Source of the DNA: Nageia nagi | Lineage: Eukaryota; Plantae; Pinophyta | Assembly: GCA_050084985.1 (NCBI GenBank) | Contig: JBITNC010000001.1 | Span: forward strand, 147,188,001 to 147,252,000 | Reading direction: 5' to 3' | DNA length: 64,000 bases | Shown: one piece after another, positions 11,150-26,092 of the stretch | Position numbering within the stretch: the first letter of the stretch is position 1 | How the letters are laid out: the number at the start of each line of letters is the position of its first letter | Notes under the pieces: model-generated | What the model saw: the letters and a program-made list of their open reading frames with translations, nothing else | Told to the model about the DNA's origin: nothing | The model's database searches: none | Program-made: the position numbers and the translations under genes

Positions 11150-14100
11150 TTCTATAATGCATAAGTATCAAATCTCCAAGTACAACCCATTTTTGAAACA
11201 TATCAGGGAGAAGGACATCACATAACACATAACAAGGCTTTTGAGATAAAATTTGAGTTGAAATTTAGAGTGAATGATAATTTGATGGTAAAATATTTTT
11301 TTACTAGACTAAAAGATGATGCTCTCACTTAGTACTTTTCTTTTTACTAAAAATCAATAAAATTATATGCACAACTTATCTATGAATCCTATATGCATTT
11401 TTAAGTATAGTATTATGAGATAAATTGTTTCCTCTAATTTGCTTAATTCTAAAAAAAGAGCAAGTAAGAGATTTCATAATTTTAAACAAAGATTTTAATA
11501 AGTTTGGAGCATGATACAAGATCCTTTATCAAAATCACATGCTAAGGTTATATTTTTTCACAACATTCATCATAAATTAAAATTCATAGCTTGTATTATA
11601 CATTTGTTCCCTTTACTAAGATTATGTATAGGCTAATTGAAAAAGAGAAATGTTTATTTGAACTAGCCAAAGTAAAATATGGAAACCCTCCCAAGTAAAC
11701 AAGCAAGGGAATCATCATAGAAAGGAAGAAACAAATTCTATATTATTAATGAACCTAAAGATAAAGAGCAACTAAAGAGTCAACCCAAATAAAAAAAAGG
11801 AAATACCATGTGATTACCTCTACCACCTTTAGTAATAATCAAATATTTCTTATACAAGGGTTTGATTACTCCTAATCTATAGAAAGAATTGGGACCTAAT
11901 GAGGAAAAACCCAATTGGTACAAAAAGGTAGCTTTTTATCATTATCATAAGGTAAAATTAAACATGACTAATGCTAGGATGCTTTTGAGGAAAATATTGA
12001 AGAAATTGTTGGATAGTGGTAAAATACAGTATGAGATGCATATGGTTAAGATTAAAGATATCAAACCCTTGATAACTAATATTATTTTCAATAAATAATG
12101 GTGTATTGTCACTTGATATGGGAGGCCTAGAGAACACATTCACTTAGTGATGATTGAATGAATGGAGGTTCATCATAATTTCAATGCATAAAAACTTTTA
12201 AAGAAACTTAAGATAATGCATCCAAAGATAAGTATATTTAACCTTTTACAATTGTATATAGATCATAGGGATGCATAATTTAATATCTTAAAGATATATA
12301 AAATACATGTTGATATTCTTGTTATTAAATTTGTTGAGTTAAAAACTAATACCATAATAGATCTTACTTGGAATATGCTTTATTTTTAAGATAGTGAACT
12401 TCCAAGTGAGGATGTTATTAAAAATAATTTAGGATTTTACATTCATGTAAATGTTTATTTAGTTGATTTATTAAAAAATACTTCTCATCCATTTATGAAA
12501 ATATGAAAAGAAAAACTATTAGTATTAAAGGACTAGATAATACTAAAATGTTATATATTATTTATGTTTATATGCCTATTGAAGTAGGAGGAACATTTGT
12601 TAATAAAAAAATTTATGTATTTCAAGAAAAGTTACCATATAATTTATTTCTTTGTAGATCTTTGATTTATAAGATTAGATAAGTTAGACCTACTCTCCAT
12701 AGGATGGTGAAATTCATGCATAAAGGTAAGATAATTATGATTCATGTTGAAGAAAATACCATAAATTTTTATCAAGCAACTCAAATATTTTTTATTCCTT
12801 TTGACATGATTGACAACAAAGAAGGTTTAGTAAAATCTTTGCAAAATATGACTTCACAAAATGTTGGTATAGGGACAAATGAAATATCCTATTTTGATAT
12901 ATGGTAGAGCTTCAAGGAGTTAGGATGACCCTTATTTGTGCTAAATCATGAGTGAAGATGCTTGGAGGATCTTGATTCTAAGTCAAACCACTTTATCCAT
13001 AAAGATCTAAAAGATTTTATTCTAAATATTTGTATTTAGTATCAAGAATAAGAAGAAAAATCATCATCAGTTCCTACATAGGATGGCTATATTCTTGAAT
13101 CTTCTCATAAAAATATGTAATAAGGTTAGGTAAGTAATATTGATTCTACTATTCCTAATAAATATTTGTAGAAATATTAGTATAATGGTAAGTGATTAGG
13201 TAAGAATAAGTAAGGTATTGTTCAACCCATCTTGAATGAAAGCCATAATAGAAGAACTTCTAGAATTAGATTTAAATAATATATTCCTAAAATGGATTAT
13301 TCAAAATCTATTGTTCAAAATATTTATAAGAATAAATAGAGTGGTGAATGCTTTGTATTCAATGAATAGTTTCACTGCAACATGGTGCATGGTTCTAGTG
13401 AAGAGTTGTATGCTTATTATGTTGATCCATTCTTACCACCAAGTACTCATATTAAAGCGGATATTTTTCAAAACAATTATGATGTTATTAAGATGATGGG
13501 TGCCAAGAGTGATTTCCCTAAACCTAGTGAAAAGAGACTCACTATATGGATTTTATGTCATTAGGCCTATTTTGGAGAAGAAGTCAACAAGGATGATCAA
13601 AAAATTGTATGTTTATCATTACCTCTCTAAACCTTTCTTTTTAATTTTTTTTATAAAATTAGGAGTAGGCTTAGGTAGTTAGAGGGTTTGAGGTTTATTT
13701 TTGCATTCCATTTTGGTAAAAATAACCAATATCAAGTGAAACTTCTTGATTTGTTCTATCTCTAACAACTAATTTTGGATGTAGTACTGGTCCCACTTCC
13801 TATGCCTTCCCAACTCAATGATAAAATATTCTAGTTGAGTTAAGAAATAATGGATGATAACATCATTATGAAAGAAACACCAAAGTTAATTAAGGTAGGA
13901 TCCTAGTTAACTTTGTAAGAAAGACAAAGGTACTACCTATTATTAATTGAGTCTTTTGATGTTCTTGCTATTGTCCTATTCTAATAGGCCTAGTTTGGAT
14001 CCAGATTTTATGACTTATAGTTTGACTATCAATGATGATGCAAAGCTTGTACAATAAATACCTAGAAATATGCATGCTAAAGTTTCTTTGTTATTTAAGA

Positions 14101-17100
14101 AATAAATATAAAACTATCTTGTTATTTTTTTTATTATTCCTATTTATTATTCTCCTTAGATTTTTAACATAGATTTTAGAGATATCAACAAGGCATACCC
14201 AAAAGATACCTTTCATTTGCCTAGCATTGATATGATTGTAGATTCTACTAGAGAACATAATATTGTATCTATCATGGATTGATTTTTTAGATATAATCAA
14301 ATAAGGATTAACAAAGAGAATCAATATAATACAAATTTTGTTACTCATAGGGGCATATTTTTTTGGGTGGCCATGCATTTTGGATTGAATAATGTAGGGG
14401 ATACCTATCAAAGAGTTATGGTAAGTATGTTTCATATTATAATTCATGATACTATTGAGGTTTATGTTGATTGTATTCTTTTTAAACATAGGGAAAACGA
14501 TAATTATATTACTAATTTAAGGAAAAACATTGCAAAGTATGAAAAAGTGTAATATGAAATTAAAACCTCAAAAATGGGCATTTACAGTTTGTTTTAGTAA
14601 ATTAATTGAATTTATTATTTCAATAAAGTTATAACCATTTTTGATATGCCTCCACCATGAAATTTAAAGGATATAGGAAGTATTCAAGGTAAGGTTAAGA
14701 CAATAAGAAGATTTATTACACAACTAATTGATATGAGTGCTCCATTTTCTCATTTAATAAAGAGAGATAAAAAATTTATATGGAATGTAAAGTATCAACA
14801 AGATTTGGATAACATTAAGAGGTATCTTTATAATGCTCTTATTTTATCCTCTTATGATTCAAAAAGAAATTTATTACTTTATATTTCAGATATATTAAAT
14901 ACATTATGAAAAATGTTTGATCTAAAAGATGATGAAGGTAAAGAAAGAGATATTTACTTTATTGGAAAATGTTTAGTTGAATACAAAATAATATATGTAC
15001 CTATTGATGAAATGTGATTTGCTATTATTTTTTCTATAAAAAATTATAGGCATTATATGTTTGTAAATACAACATATGGTATAACTGAGGCTTATCCTTT
15101 AAGATATTTGATGGCTAAACCTTATTTATCTTGAATGGATACCAAATGGATACTTTTAATTAAAGAATTTAATCCAATAATTTTCACTCAAAAGTCCATT
15201 AAGGGATAGGATATAGTAGATTTTATTTTAAACTACTCATGGAATGAGCATTCCATAATGCAGGAAGAATTTTTAAATGAGTTGGGCATACAAAACCTTG
15301 AGAAATCCCAAGTAATGATGCTCCACCTAGGTGATGCCACTCATATCCTAAGCCTAATTATTTAGAAGTGTTTATTTTATTTGTTGATGACAAAAATTGG
15401 AAATTATTTTCTAATGATTCAATGTGTATGAATGGCACTAGGGTAGAAATTATTCTGATTAATCCTCATGGTGATATGATTCCTATAATATATAAGTTAT
15501 ATTTTGATTGTACTAATAATATGGCTTAATATGATGCTTTAATTTTAGGTTTAAAATAGACTATAGTCTTGAAGGAGTAGTGGATAAAGATCCTTGGTGA
15601 TTCTCAATTATTGGTAAAATAAGACAATGATGTCTATAACACCAACGATGATAAATTGCATCCATATAAGAAAATGGTCATGGATCATTTCATTTATTTT
15701 AAATATTATCATATTAAGAACATCCCAAGAGACAATAACAAGCATGTTGATGATATGGCTAATGTTGCTTCTCTTCCTCTTATTAATATTGAAGATGAGG
15801 AAACTATATGTACAATTAAGAATTTAGACAAATCTTCTCATGAATATGTTATCATTGATTTTATTGAAGATCATTATTTTTTTGGTACTTGCATTAATTT
15901 ATTTGAATGGTATAAAGAAATTATAAATATTTAAAAAAATGGTGTAGTATTTAGTGATTACGATCATAATGCAAGAATTAGGCTTAAGAAATAGGTATCC
16001 AAATATATTATCATTAGTGATTTGTTATATATAAGATATTTTGAAGTTGATCTTATTAGATGTTTAATGTGATACAAAGTAAAAATAGCCTTCATCAAGC
16101 TCATTATGGTGAGTATGGAGGTCATTTTAGTGCTAAATTTATTTATCAAAGATTGCTTACATTAGGTTATTATTGGTAATCTATGCTTGAAGATTATGAA
16201 TTTCATGTAAACAAGTATGAACAATACCAAAAGAATGCTAAAATTCAACATTAACATTTGTATGAATTGCACTCTATTATTTCCTATTGGCCTTTTTCTA
16301 TTTGGGAAATTTATTTTATTTCCAAAATTAATCATATTTCTAGACATGGTCATAAATTTATTATAACTACTACTAAATACCTTAAAAAATGGGTGGAATT
16401 TGTTCCTATAAAATCAACAAAATGAGGTAAGATTATTTATTTTCTCATTAAATACATTATTTCTAGATATGGTCTACCTTTTAAATTATTTATGGATAAT
16501 GGACCTAGTTTTTGAGTTAATGATTGAAAGTATGTTATTAAAAATATCATATTGAGATAGATTTTTTCTCTACTTATTATCCTCAAGGTAACTATCAAGT
16601 TGAAGCCTCTAATAAACCTATAAATATGGTTTTATGCAAAACTATTACAAAACATGGTAAACATTGGCATAAATAATTAACTTATACTTTATAGGCTAGT
16701 AAAATAAGTATAAGTGTTATTTTTGGGGAAACTCCTTATTCTTTAATCTATGGAGATGAAGTTGTTCCCTTAGATTGAAAAATTCTATTTTTCAGAGTTT
16801 TCCTTAAATGGTTCTATTCTAGATGAAGATAAAAGAAAACCACAATTGGCATAATTGGAAACTTTAGATGAAAAAAGAATAAATGCTTTAAAACATTTGA
16901 GAATATATCAATCTAGAATCAAATGATCTTAAAATAAAAATATTAGGCCTAAAGAGTTTAAGGTTGGGGATTTTGTATTTAAGAAAATATTACCAACATA
17001 AAAGCTTTATAAAATGAGAGGTAAATTTAAACCAAATTTAATTGGTCCTTATGTGGTAATTACAAATTATGAAAAAGGGGCATATAAGTTGTCCACCATG

Positions 17101-17160
17101 TAAGGAAATATAGAGAGAAACCTAATAAATATTATGCATCTAAAAAGATTCTATATTTGA
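11150..17160 (+). pseudogene. gag-pol relic of the Ogre/Tat element (gag, protease, G-patch, RT, RNase H, additional RNase H, integrase)
   Basis: PR: LPYNLFLCRSLIY..PTLHRMVKFMHKGKII. G-patch: Y*YNGK*LGKNK*GIVQPI (13172-13231). RT: MHFGLNNVGDTYQRVM..IHDTIEVYVD. aRH: FDCTNNMA*YDALILGL..ILGDSQLL..IPRDNNKHVDDMAN. INT end: GKFKPNLIGPYVV..GAYKLST..HLKRFYI*. Confidence 0.9.
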
Positions 17161-20100
17161 AAGGATTTCATGTATTTTTCAAAATATTCCTTGTTTTCTT
17201 TGTATATAGTAATCATAATCACATGAAACTATGTAAAAATTTTGAGTGAAACCACTTCATTCTAAGGTATGGTGCTCCCTATGTAATAAGGAACAAGATT
17301 CTATTTCATAAATTTTGATTTTCCAAAAGGGTTAGTGCAGGTGATGTCTATTGTTCCCTTACTCTTCTGTTAATAATAAATTGATTGATAAATTTATAAT
17401 TAATTATACTACTGATTCTTAATGCTTGGTAAATCCTCTTCATTGAGGTAGTAAATTGATATATAATTAAATAAATTATTTGTAATATGATTAACAAAAC
17501 AATGTTGTCCAATGAATGCAATTCAATGATGTATGCCAAGGTTATATTTTTTTTAGATGATGATATTCAAACATTATTCTTGATCAATGAATTCCATTGG
17601 GTGGTATACATAAAGTTATTCTTTTATGAGGTATTAAATTTTTCTTAGTGAATACATGCAATTCGGTGTTGTACTCTAAGTTTAGTTTATTTTTGTAGAT
17701 TCATTTGTAACTTTTTATCTTAATGAGAGTAGTTATGAGAGTTCCATCACCCATCAAGTCTTAGTTTAATGATGATCTATATTTAAAAAAGTCTTTGATC
17801 TTACTTAGAATATTAATTAGAAAGCCCTCATCCTTTATGATAAGGCACTCTCTTTATATAATCTTGGTGGGTAAGCCACCAATGACAGGTTTGATTTTTT
17901 ATTCTTTTATGATATGCATATGATATAATGTTTAGTATCTATATTGAAGATATTATATATGAAAAAAAAAAAATTAAATATGATTGCAAGTTACTTTTTC
18001 TTTATCTTGGATTATTCCTATGATGAGAGTTTCATCATGTTTCCATGAATCCAAAGAGGGGGTGAAATATTGGAGAAAACTAGGGCATCCAAAGCTGTCA
18101 TTATGAACACATAATTCAAGGAGTATTCTCTTACTTTAAATTGCTATACTTTGAATTATGACTTGATTTTCTTTTATTGTAAAAGTATCAAATCATATTC
18201 AAAGTGGGGCATGTTTTAAAACCTAAAAAGAAATTTTAATTTTAATAAAATATACATTTTAGGTATTTGAAATAATTTAATTAATTACATCATCTAATGC
18301 TCTTTTATATTATACATAATCACTACTTTTATGTGTTATGATAACAGGTTAACCAAGATATAAACCCAAGAAGGAGTCTTGAAACCTGTACAACATAACA
18401 CCAAAGAGAATCCTTGGAAGTAGACCTATTATTTATAAAGAGGGAAGGGTTGTCCATCAAAAATCATGATATGATCTGGAATCCTTAAGTAATGGTAAAA
18501 TACTTGATCCTATTAGTTGGTATCTCTCAATGCTACCTATCACATTTACATTGTTTTATACTTCAAATTATGCATTCCTATGATCTTTCAAATCAATGTG
18601 CATAATTATTTGACTTTTTAAGTGGAGTACTCGATGATGAATGAGGATTTGATTATTTTGTAGTAAGGTGTCAAGAAACAATAATCTACAAAGGTTAGTT
18701 TGATGGTCATGTTTAATGGGGAAGGTTTATTATTTATCTCTTCTACTTAGTTATTTCTTGTGATCATCATGACAAGTAAAGTAATAGGTTTGTATATGTG
18801 TTAATCTAGGTTTGATAGGTTAAGTTCAATTTAGTAATGTTGATCATTATCATCTTTCATGTTATTGTAATATTTCTTAAATATTTGTTATAATTAAATA
18901 TATTAAATAACCCTAATAAATTATTATTTTAATTATAAGAAAAAGTATTAAATTAGTATATTTGACATCATTTTGAATATGTTAGAAATAGCTTGGAAAT
19001 ATTTTAGTATAAAATTATCATAGATGTGTTGGTACAGGAAACTTTTTAAGTTAGTCATAGAGAATCTAGATATCTTTAAGATTGTTATACCATCATATTA
19101 TTTAATATTACTTAATAAATGAATTTATGAGTCTCACTTTGCTATACTCCAAGTCATGAACTTCTATATAGTACTTGCAAGAAATAACTTTTGTCAAGCA
19201 TAGTATTTTTTGAGTATTTCATGTGTATGTCCTATCAACATTCATATCATATTTAGATTTAAGATTTATTCAACCTAATGAGAGATTTATTTCATTATCT
19301 TGATCTAAGTTCACTAGGATACTCCTATTGTCAAATGGATAACATATTTGATCTCATAACCATTTTATTAGGTTTGACTATGTTTAAATATATTAGATAA
19401 AACCTGACAACAACATAACCAAGTGATTACATAAATCACTTTTACCCAAGGAGATAGTAGTTAATATTTAATGTTCTTTTTCTAATATGTAACCATTTCT
19501 CAACTAAAACTATTTTCCCTATCTCAATACTTGTAGGTAAGGAACTTAATTCTTGTGAACCCTATAGTCATAATTTTCAAAAGAAGTAAATTTAATTAAT
19601 TCATAAATAAATAACTTCATAATAAAGTAATTACATATTGATTACATTCCAAATATATTTTTCATCATAAATTAAATATCATTTCTATATAACAAGATTA
19701 AATAAATGTCATTTTACTCTTAAGAATACATGATCATATATAGATAAATTAATGTTCTAATAAATCATATGGAGTAATATTTTTCAATAACTAATTAATT
19801 TTTATGAAATAATCTTCTAAATTGCATCAACCACTCTTTTATAAAGCTTAAGAAGGCATAATATCAAGTAGTCCATACTTTGCACTTATTCATAATGCAT
19901 CAATTCAAAGTATAATTACTTTGAGTTTAATCACAACATCTTATGAGAGGATTTGAATCAATATAGCCTTATCCATAAATGCAAGGTACAATTTTCTAGA
20001 AAAGAAATATACATTTTTTTATTTTCACACAATCATCTCATATACATGCAAAAATCAAAGAGAAAGAAGTTATTTTAAGTTTTCAACAACCCCAATTAAT

Positions 20101-20164
20101 TTCATTTCAATATTTTCAGTTTTTCCCCAATAACAACAATACTCAATTATCTAACTATTTATCT

Positions 20165-20640
20165 TGATTTTGAAAATGCTTGGATAGTTTCTTGAAATAT
20201 AGAGACATGATATTCCTCATCAAAAAGGTTATAATAGTTTACTAATAGGAGGCATCTTCTTGAGATTGAGAAACACCACCTTTAATGGATTTCTTGATAA
20301 ATATAGGAATGTATTGTACATCTTGAATGCCTCTTACAAAAACAAGAATAACTCTAGATATATTGAGTGGCAAATCAAGTTTGATTATGTTTCAATCATA
20401 TATGAATGTATTGTATATTATAGTGTCTCATAGTGCACTAAGAACCACTCCAAATAGATTGAATAGTCAATCGACTATCATTATGTTTGACCCTCTTTTT
20501 GAACTTGCCATCATTATCTATGTTGAAATTAATGGTGGTGGTGTTGGTTCACATGCATTGGATATGAATTTAAATTGATTCTTTGTTGCAATAAAATAAA
20601 ATATATAGTTGTGCCCTCTACCTTGGGATCATGTATCAAA
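20165..20640 (+). pseudogene. CAF1: 5'-truncated, deaminated CAF1 paralog fragment with two of the 3' repeat units
   Basis: 'cttggatagtttcttgaaatatagagacatgatattcctcatcaaaaaggttataatagtttactaataggagg..ttgagattgagaaacacc..tttaatggatttcttgataaatataggaatgtattgtacatc' aligns with 5537-5680, with many C>T/G>A changes. Confidence 0.88.
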
Positions 20641-21634
20641 TTTATTGTACTATGATCTTGATAAAGGGAATAATAGTATTATTTTATCTTATTTTAAGAC
20701 ACTAGTGAAGAAGTCATACATTTCTTACACTGAATATAACTCAAATATTATTTATATAATATGTTTTTATTGGTATAAGGGTAGCTATTGTTTAGTATTA
20801 CTTTGGTCAATAATACTAAAATTAATATTATATCATTAATTTAATATGCATTAGTATAAGGGTGGTTATTATTTAGTATTAATTCAAAATTTAAGATTAA
20901 CATGAACATATAATTTTTTAATATATTTTAAACATGTATAAAGTATATAAAATTAATTCAAGCTCATGTTTTATTTAAAAAAAATATTTTAAAAAGTAAT
21001 GATTTTTTATTATCATAAATGTATAAATGAGAAAATATGACATGTAATGATATTATAAAATAAAGGACTTAAAATATATTTATATTTAATTAGTTATTTC
21101 TATTTAAATAAACAAAACCATAGTTATTTATGTAGAGTTGTTGGTAGCTAGATGTTCAAATAAAATATTACTAAAATAAAGTGTTAGTAAAATAAAAAAT
21201 AATTCAAATATAAAATTAAATATAAGATATAAGTAGTTTAATATAAAGATATACTATTACATTTATAAAATTAAAATAATTTATCTTGAAGGTGTAAAAG
21301 ACTTCATGCAAATAACATACATTTAACAAATTTTATACATAAAATTATTTTTGATAGTAAATGTTTTTATGTTTGCATAGAGTTCTTAACAAAAACTAAT
21401 CGTAGATGCGTAAATGAGAAAATATGAGTTAATATAAGTACAAAGTGTCTGGGTTTTTTTTTTAAAAAAAAAAATAGGAGAGGTAAGAAAAAGAGTTGAA
21501 TTAGTAGAAGATATTACAAGATGTGAGAGCATGAGAAAATCAAAATATGTAGGTCAAACATTGGAAGGAGCATTAGCCATAGATGAGTTGGAGGAGAAAA
21601 TAATAGATGATGGTAAGGATTTGGTCTTAGAGTT

Positions 21635-24600
21635 TGTAATGCAACCCAATATTTCACCATATAAATCCCCTAAATTTAGGAAAAAAAATTTATATCATTT
21701 ATTGATTTGTCAGCTTCTCAAGGTTTACTATTTATGGACTTATATCTGACATGAATTACATATTAATACCTTATTGACTTTATTTAGTCCTCATCCTTTC
21801 TTTGTAATTATGAGGGTACATTCACCAGGTATTCTACTTATGGGTGGATACTTTTGATGATCATGCCCTGGTTTTATTTGGACGTATTTACCATTTCCTT
21901 GAGCTTAAGAGGGTGTGCTTTTTATGCTATAAAGGTTTTAATATCACTAGTATAAGTGCAAATCAATATTCAAGAAATCTTAAATCCCATAACAATCCCA
22001 AGAATCCCAATTTATTTCCCATAGTATCCCATTTAATCCCATTTATTTCCAATAATTTCCTAATATTGCTTAATTGATTCTAAACATTACCTAAGGTGAG
22101 TTTTTAACAAAACTTGTCTACAAAGTGAATTAGTAATAAAGTGACTTGTTCCATACTAAGGTTATAACCATACATATCCTTAATGAATCTAAATCATATT
22201 ATACAACATCTCATTAAATTTAATGAGGACTTTGAATACTATTGAAATAACTCTTATTAACTTAATGTTGTTTCTTATTTAATTCATTTACTATAATTCA
22301 TTATCAAACTATTATTTTTCATGTATTATGCTAAGTTAACTTATAGTAATTATATGCAAGATTTAGTATTCCCAAAATGCATGAGATATCTTTTTATGAG
22401 TATAGATTCTTTATATTTGGAATCTCTTCTTCTTTGTATAGTACAAATTTAAAAATCATATTTTAAATGAAACATAAAGAACTTTAACAACAATCTTTTA
22501 AAAATTCTAAGTATCATTTATAAAGATGATATTTATACTCTTTTCTTTCATATGAATTATAATTTAAAACTTTCATTCTAACTTTTAAAAGGTCTAATTC
22601 CAATTATACCAAAAAGTGGGTTATACCTATTCAATCAAATCTTACCCCTATTGAATTCCATAAAAATGATAATGTTAAAGTAGATTAATGAGGATAACCA
22701 TTATTGTTTATAAGAGGGTCCCTCACAAGTGTAAATATAGTAAATAAATTAAAATGTTTCAACACATCTTGTCCTCTCAATGTAGATTCTTCTTCAAACT
22801 CCTCCCAATAATCCAAGGTGATAGGGTCAAGTACTAGAGAAGGATTTGGAGTGGAGGATCATAACAACCCTTTTCTCTTATATGACCATGATACAAAATG
22901 AATTTATCATGCGAATCTAATTTTACGTACCTTACGAGGATTTGGGTCCTTTCTAAGACTACCTACCTTCCTCGGTCACACACAAGTAATCATTTCATCT
23001 CATATTCCATATTATTCATTCCTATTTAAAGAAATAATTTCTTATTTAAATCCTAATACACTTGTTCATTAAATTAAAACCACCTCTTCACTAGTATGCA
23101 CATTAAATATCTTTGTTCAAGGAAATATTTTAATATAAATACTAAAAAAAAATCACATCGCATAGCATAATACTTAAATTCTTGTGAACTAAAATCTAAT
23201 TGCATATAAGTTTTAATTTTGAATTAACAAATTAGATTTTCAATTTTAGTTTACCTAAGTATTAATTTGCTAACTGTTTGAAGTAACTAATACTTCATTT
23301 CATAGATATGTAAGCAAGCAAATAGTGGATACCTTATGAAGGAACGATAGTTTATTTGACAAAATGTTAAATGCATACGCTTTTATTGGAAATACAAACG
23401 GTTACGCTGAAGGAGCCCATGTCAAGAAAGTATGTTGGCAGACATATATGCAATATTTGGGCGCTTAGAACAGGTACACAAAAGATTTGACCAAATGTTG
23501 TGATGCAATAAGGAAGTCTTGTGGAATTCCTAGATCATAGGATAAGAACAAACCGTGTTTGACAAAATACTTATGCGAATTGCCATTTCAGAGGATGCAC
23601 AGATCATTGGATATGCACAAACAATATGCGTTAGTAGGGTCCCTGAAATATTTGACAATTACCAATCGAAATGCAATCTTCAGGATTGTATGGACTTAAA
23701 CTGACTCTGTAACATTTATCAGTAGTGCGCCATCGTGGAGGTTCAAGAAGGTATAGAGATTCATCAAAGAGCAGTAGAAAATTATTTTCATCTCACAAAA
23801 CGTGAGGATTACTCAAGGCTCAAAAATGGTTTTATGATCTAAAATAACAGTAGAATACGCACAAAAATGGGTCTTCTGATAAGGCGCAACACTCAGGAGT
23901 AAAAGCCAAACTTTGAAACCTTTGTAAGAATTCTTTCAATGCGCGCCAACATGGACGTTCTTTAGATATGGAAATTCATCCAAGAGTAGTTGAAAGTGGG
24001 TTCTCGTCGGATATTGTAGACGTGACTACAAGGTTGGGGAATTTGTTGGACAGTGTATACAACGTGTACGACTTCGTGGACTGAAATGATGGTAGTATAT
24101 GTTCAAAAATGGGTCTTCTGAAAGGTCGTTGGAGACTTTCAGAAGTGAAGCCAAATTTTGAAACGTTTGCCAACACTTTCCAACGTACGTTATTAGGAAG
24201 ACTCTTGAAGAAGGTATAACAATCCATGAAAGAGTAACTGAAAATTATTTTACATTGAATAAAATGCCATAATAGTCTAATATACAAAACGTGAAGAAAA
24301 AAAATACAAGGCCTGAGATTGTTTGACAGAATGCATGATGCAGCATATTATCATGGACTGTACTGTTACCAGGATACTCACAAAATGGATTTTCAAAAGA
24401 GTGCTATGTCCAGGAGAGAAGCCAAACACTAAAACCTTTGTCAACATTCATCTGGCATGGGCCAACGTGGGAACTAAAGAAGAAAATATATAAATTCGCT
24501 CAGAGTAGTTGAAAATGGTTACCCAACGGATAGTGAATGTGTGATATTCATATGTGCAATCGCGAGGAAGACATAAGGCTCAATAATTGTTTGGCAACGT

Positions 24601-26087
24601 GCATGATACAAGCACAACTTTATAGACTGACAAGATACATGAAAGCTTATGATACTTTTAATTAAGTACAATAGTCATGTATAAAGTCCAGACTCTGAAA
24701 AACCTTTGTCAAAATGGTTTTACATTAAATATTGTGGCTATGAATACTTAGATAGCCGAGTTTGCAAAACGTGGTAGAGCACACTAAGCTTAAGAATGGT
24801 TATATTATACAAACGATGAATCATGAATTGAAATATTCTTATTTTACACATAAATAAAGAAAGGTATTGTTATTTAATAAATTGATGTTCGTCATATCAA
24901 ACCAATAAAAGTGTTCGAACTGAACCTTTTTATAACATTTGAAGTACATGATCATCTTCGACAAGACAAGAGTACAAACAATTCACATACCATTTTTCTA
25001 ATAAATTATTAGTATTTCTTTTCATCAACAATAATATTAAAATTAACATTTACCCTCATATTCATAATATTATTTTTTTTAAACAAACACTTATTTCTTC
25101 AAGCATACCTAGCATTATCAAGAATACCTTTTCTTGGCTAAACAATATTATAAAATCAAAAAGAAAAGCACTTGGATTTGAGGGAGGGTTTCTTTTCTCC
25201 ATGTAATTCTAAACCCAAAGTTGAGAATAGCAAGAATGAAATGATAGTAGATGCCTTTTTCCTAATGTTCCACTCCTTTATTTATAGCCAAGGAGACTCA
25301 AATATGTCCAAGTAGATGTCTACTCATCCTTTTAATATTTTTGGTGGTAGGTCTAAATAAAGTTGTTGATGAGTGTAGTGGTATTAATTAGTTTAAACCT
25401 CTTTTATATTAACTAACAAAATAATGCCACCTATTTCCCATACCTAACACAAGGAAATAAAATAAGTAGGGCCATAACTCTATTATTTTCATAACCATTA
25501 ATGCCTTGTAACATCCCAAAATGACATTAATCCTTTCTAATAATTATTATTTTAATTTTTACTTTAATTTACTAATGACTCTATGTAAGCATCCAAATTC
25601 AAATGAATATTCCTTGCCCTCCCTTTTTGAATTTAAATTTTAAAAATTCTCAATAGGAAATTAAGCACACAGTTTACCTGTAGTGGTGGCCACATTCTAT
25701 AGGACAAATTATTAGTCCACACACACATCCAAAAACACACATTCATCATGAAAATTGACATTCATGACTAGTTATTCTATCATGTAACTACATGATTTAT
25801 GATGGTCATTGGGATTTTTTAGCGAATCAACGTCAATCATTTTTTACTCTTACCCTTCCATTCTCGTCACCAATTCACCTTTGATTCCTTGCATCTTCAA
25901 TTACTTTTTTCATCTCAAAGTAACCTATTACCCATGTCATAAAAATCTTGAAGCCAGTATCAAATTGATACAAATTACATATTTTCACTTAAAAGTTTAT
26001 CATCACATAGCAATAGGTCAAACATAATTTCATTCACATCCTTGATGGTGCTCAAGGTCAAATGGTGTCATTAGATAGGTTGTTACA
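21635..26087 (-). mobile_element. Solo LTR of the Tekay family (A) carrying a PPR fragment
   Basis: TGTAATGCAACC...GGTTGTTACA termini match the family-A LTRs. The TSD is GAGTT/AAGTT (21630-34; 26088-92). The interrupted L1/duplication sequence resumes directly after 26092. TATAAATA lies on the minus strand at 25279-25286. Confidence 0.85.
23300..24800 (+). pseudogene. PLS-class pentatricopeptide repeat (PPR) gene fragment, heavily indel-disrupted
   Basis: Frameshifted pieces read DSVTFIS..EGIEIHQRAVENYF, KPNFETFVRILS..MEIHPRVVESGFSSDIV, SWTEMMVVYVQ, LEEGITIHERVTENYF and LFDRMHDA..SWTVLLPGYSQNGFSK, typical P-L-S motifs. Confidence 0.9.
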
Positions 26088-26092
26088 AAGTT

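Larger units (their letters stand above)
8150..18940 (+). mobile_element. Degenerate full-length Ty3/Gypsy Tat-clade (Ogre/Retand-type) LTR retrotransposon
   Basis: The 5' LTR at 8150-10864 (split by a nested element) matches the 3' LTR at ~18212-18940. The 5-bp TSD AAAAG is present at 8145-8149 and 18941-18945. PPT 'aaagtggggca' precedes the 3' LTR. Internal gag-PR-RT-RH-aRH-INT relics are present. Confidence 0.9.
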
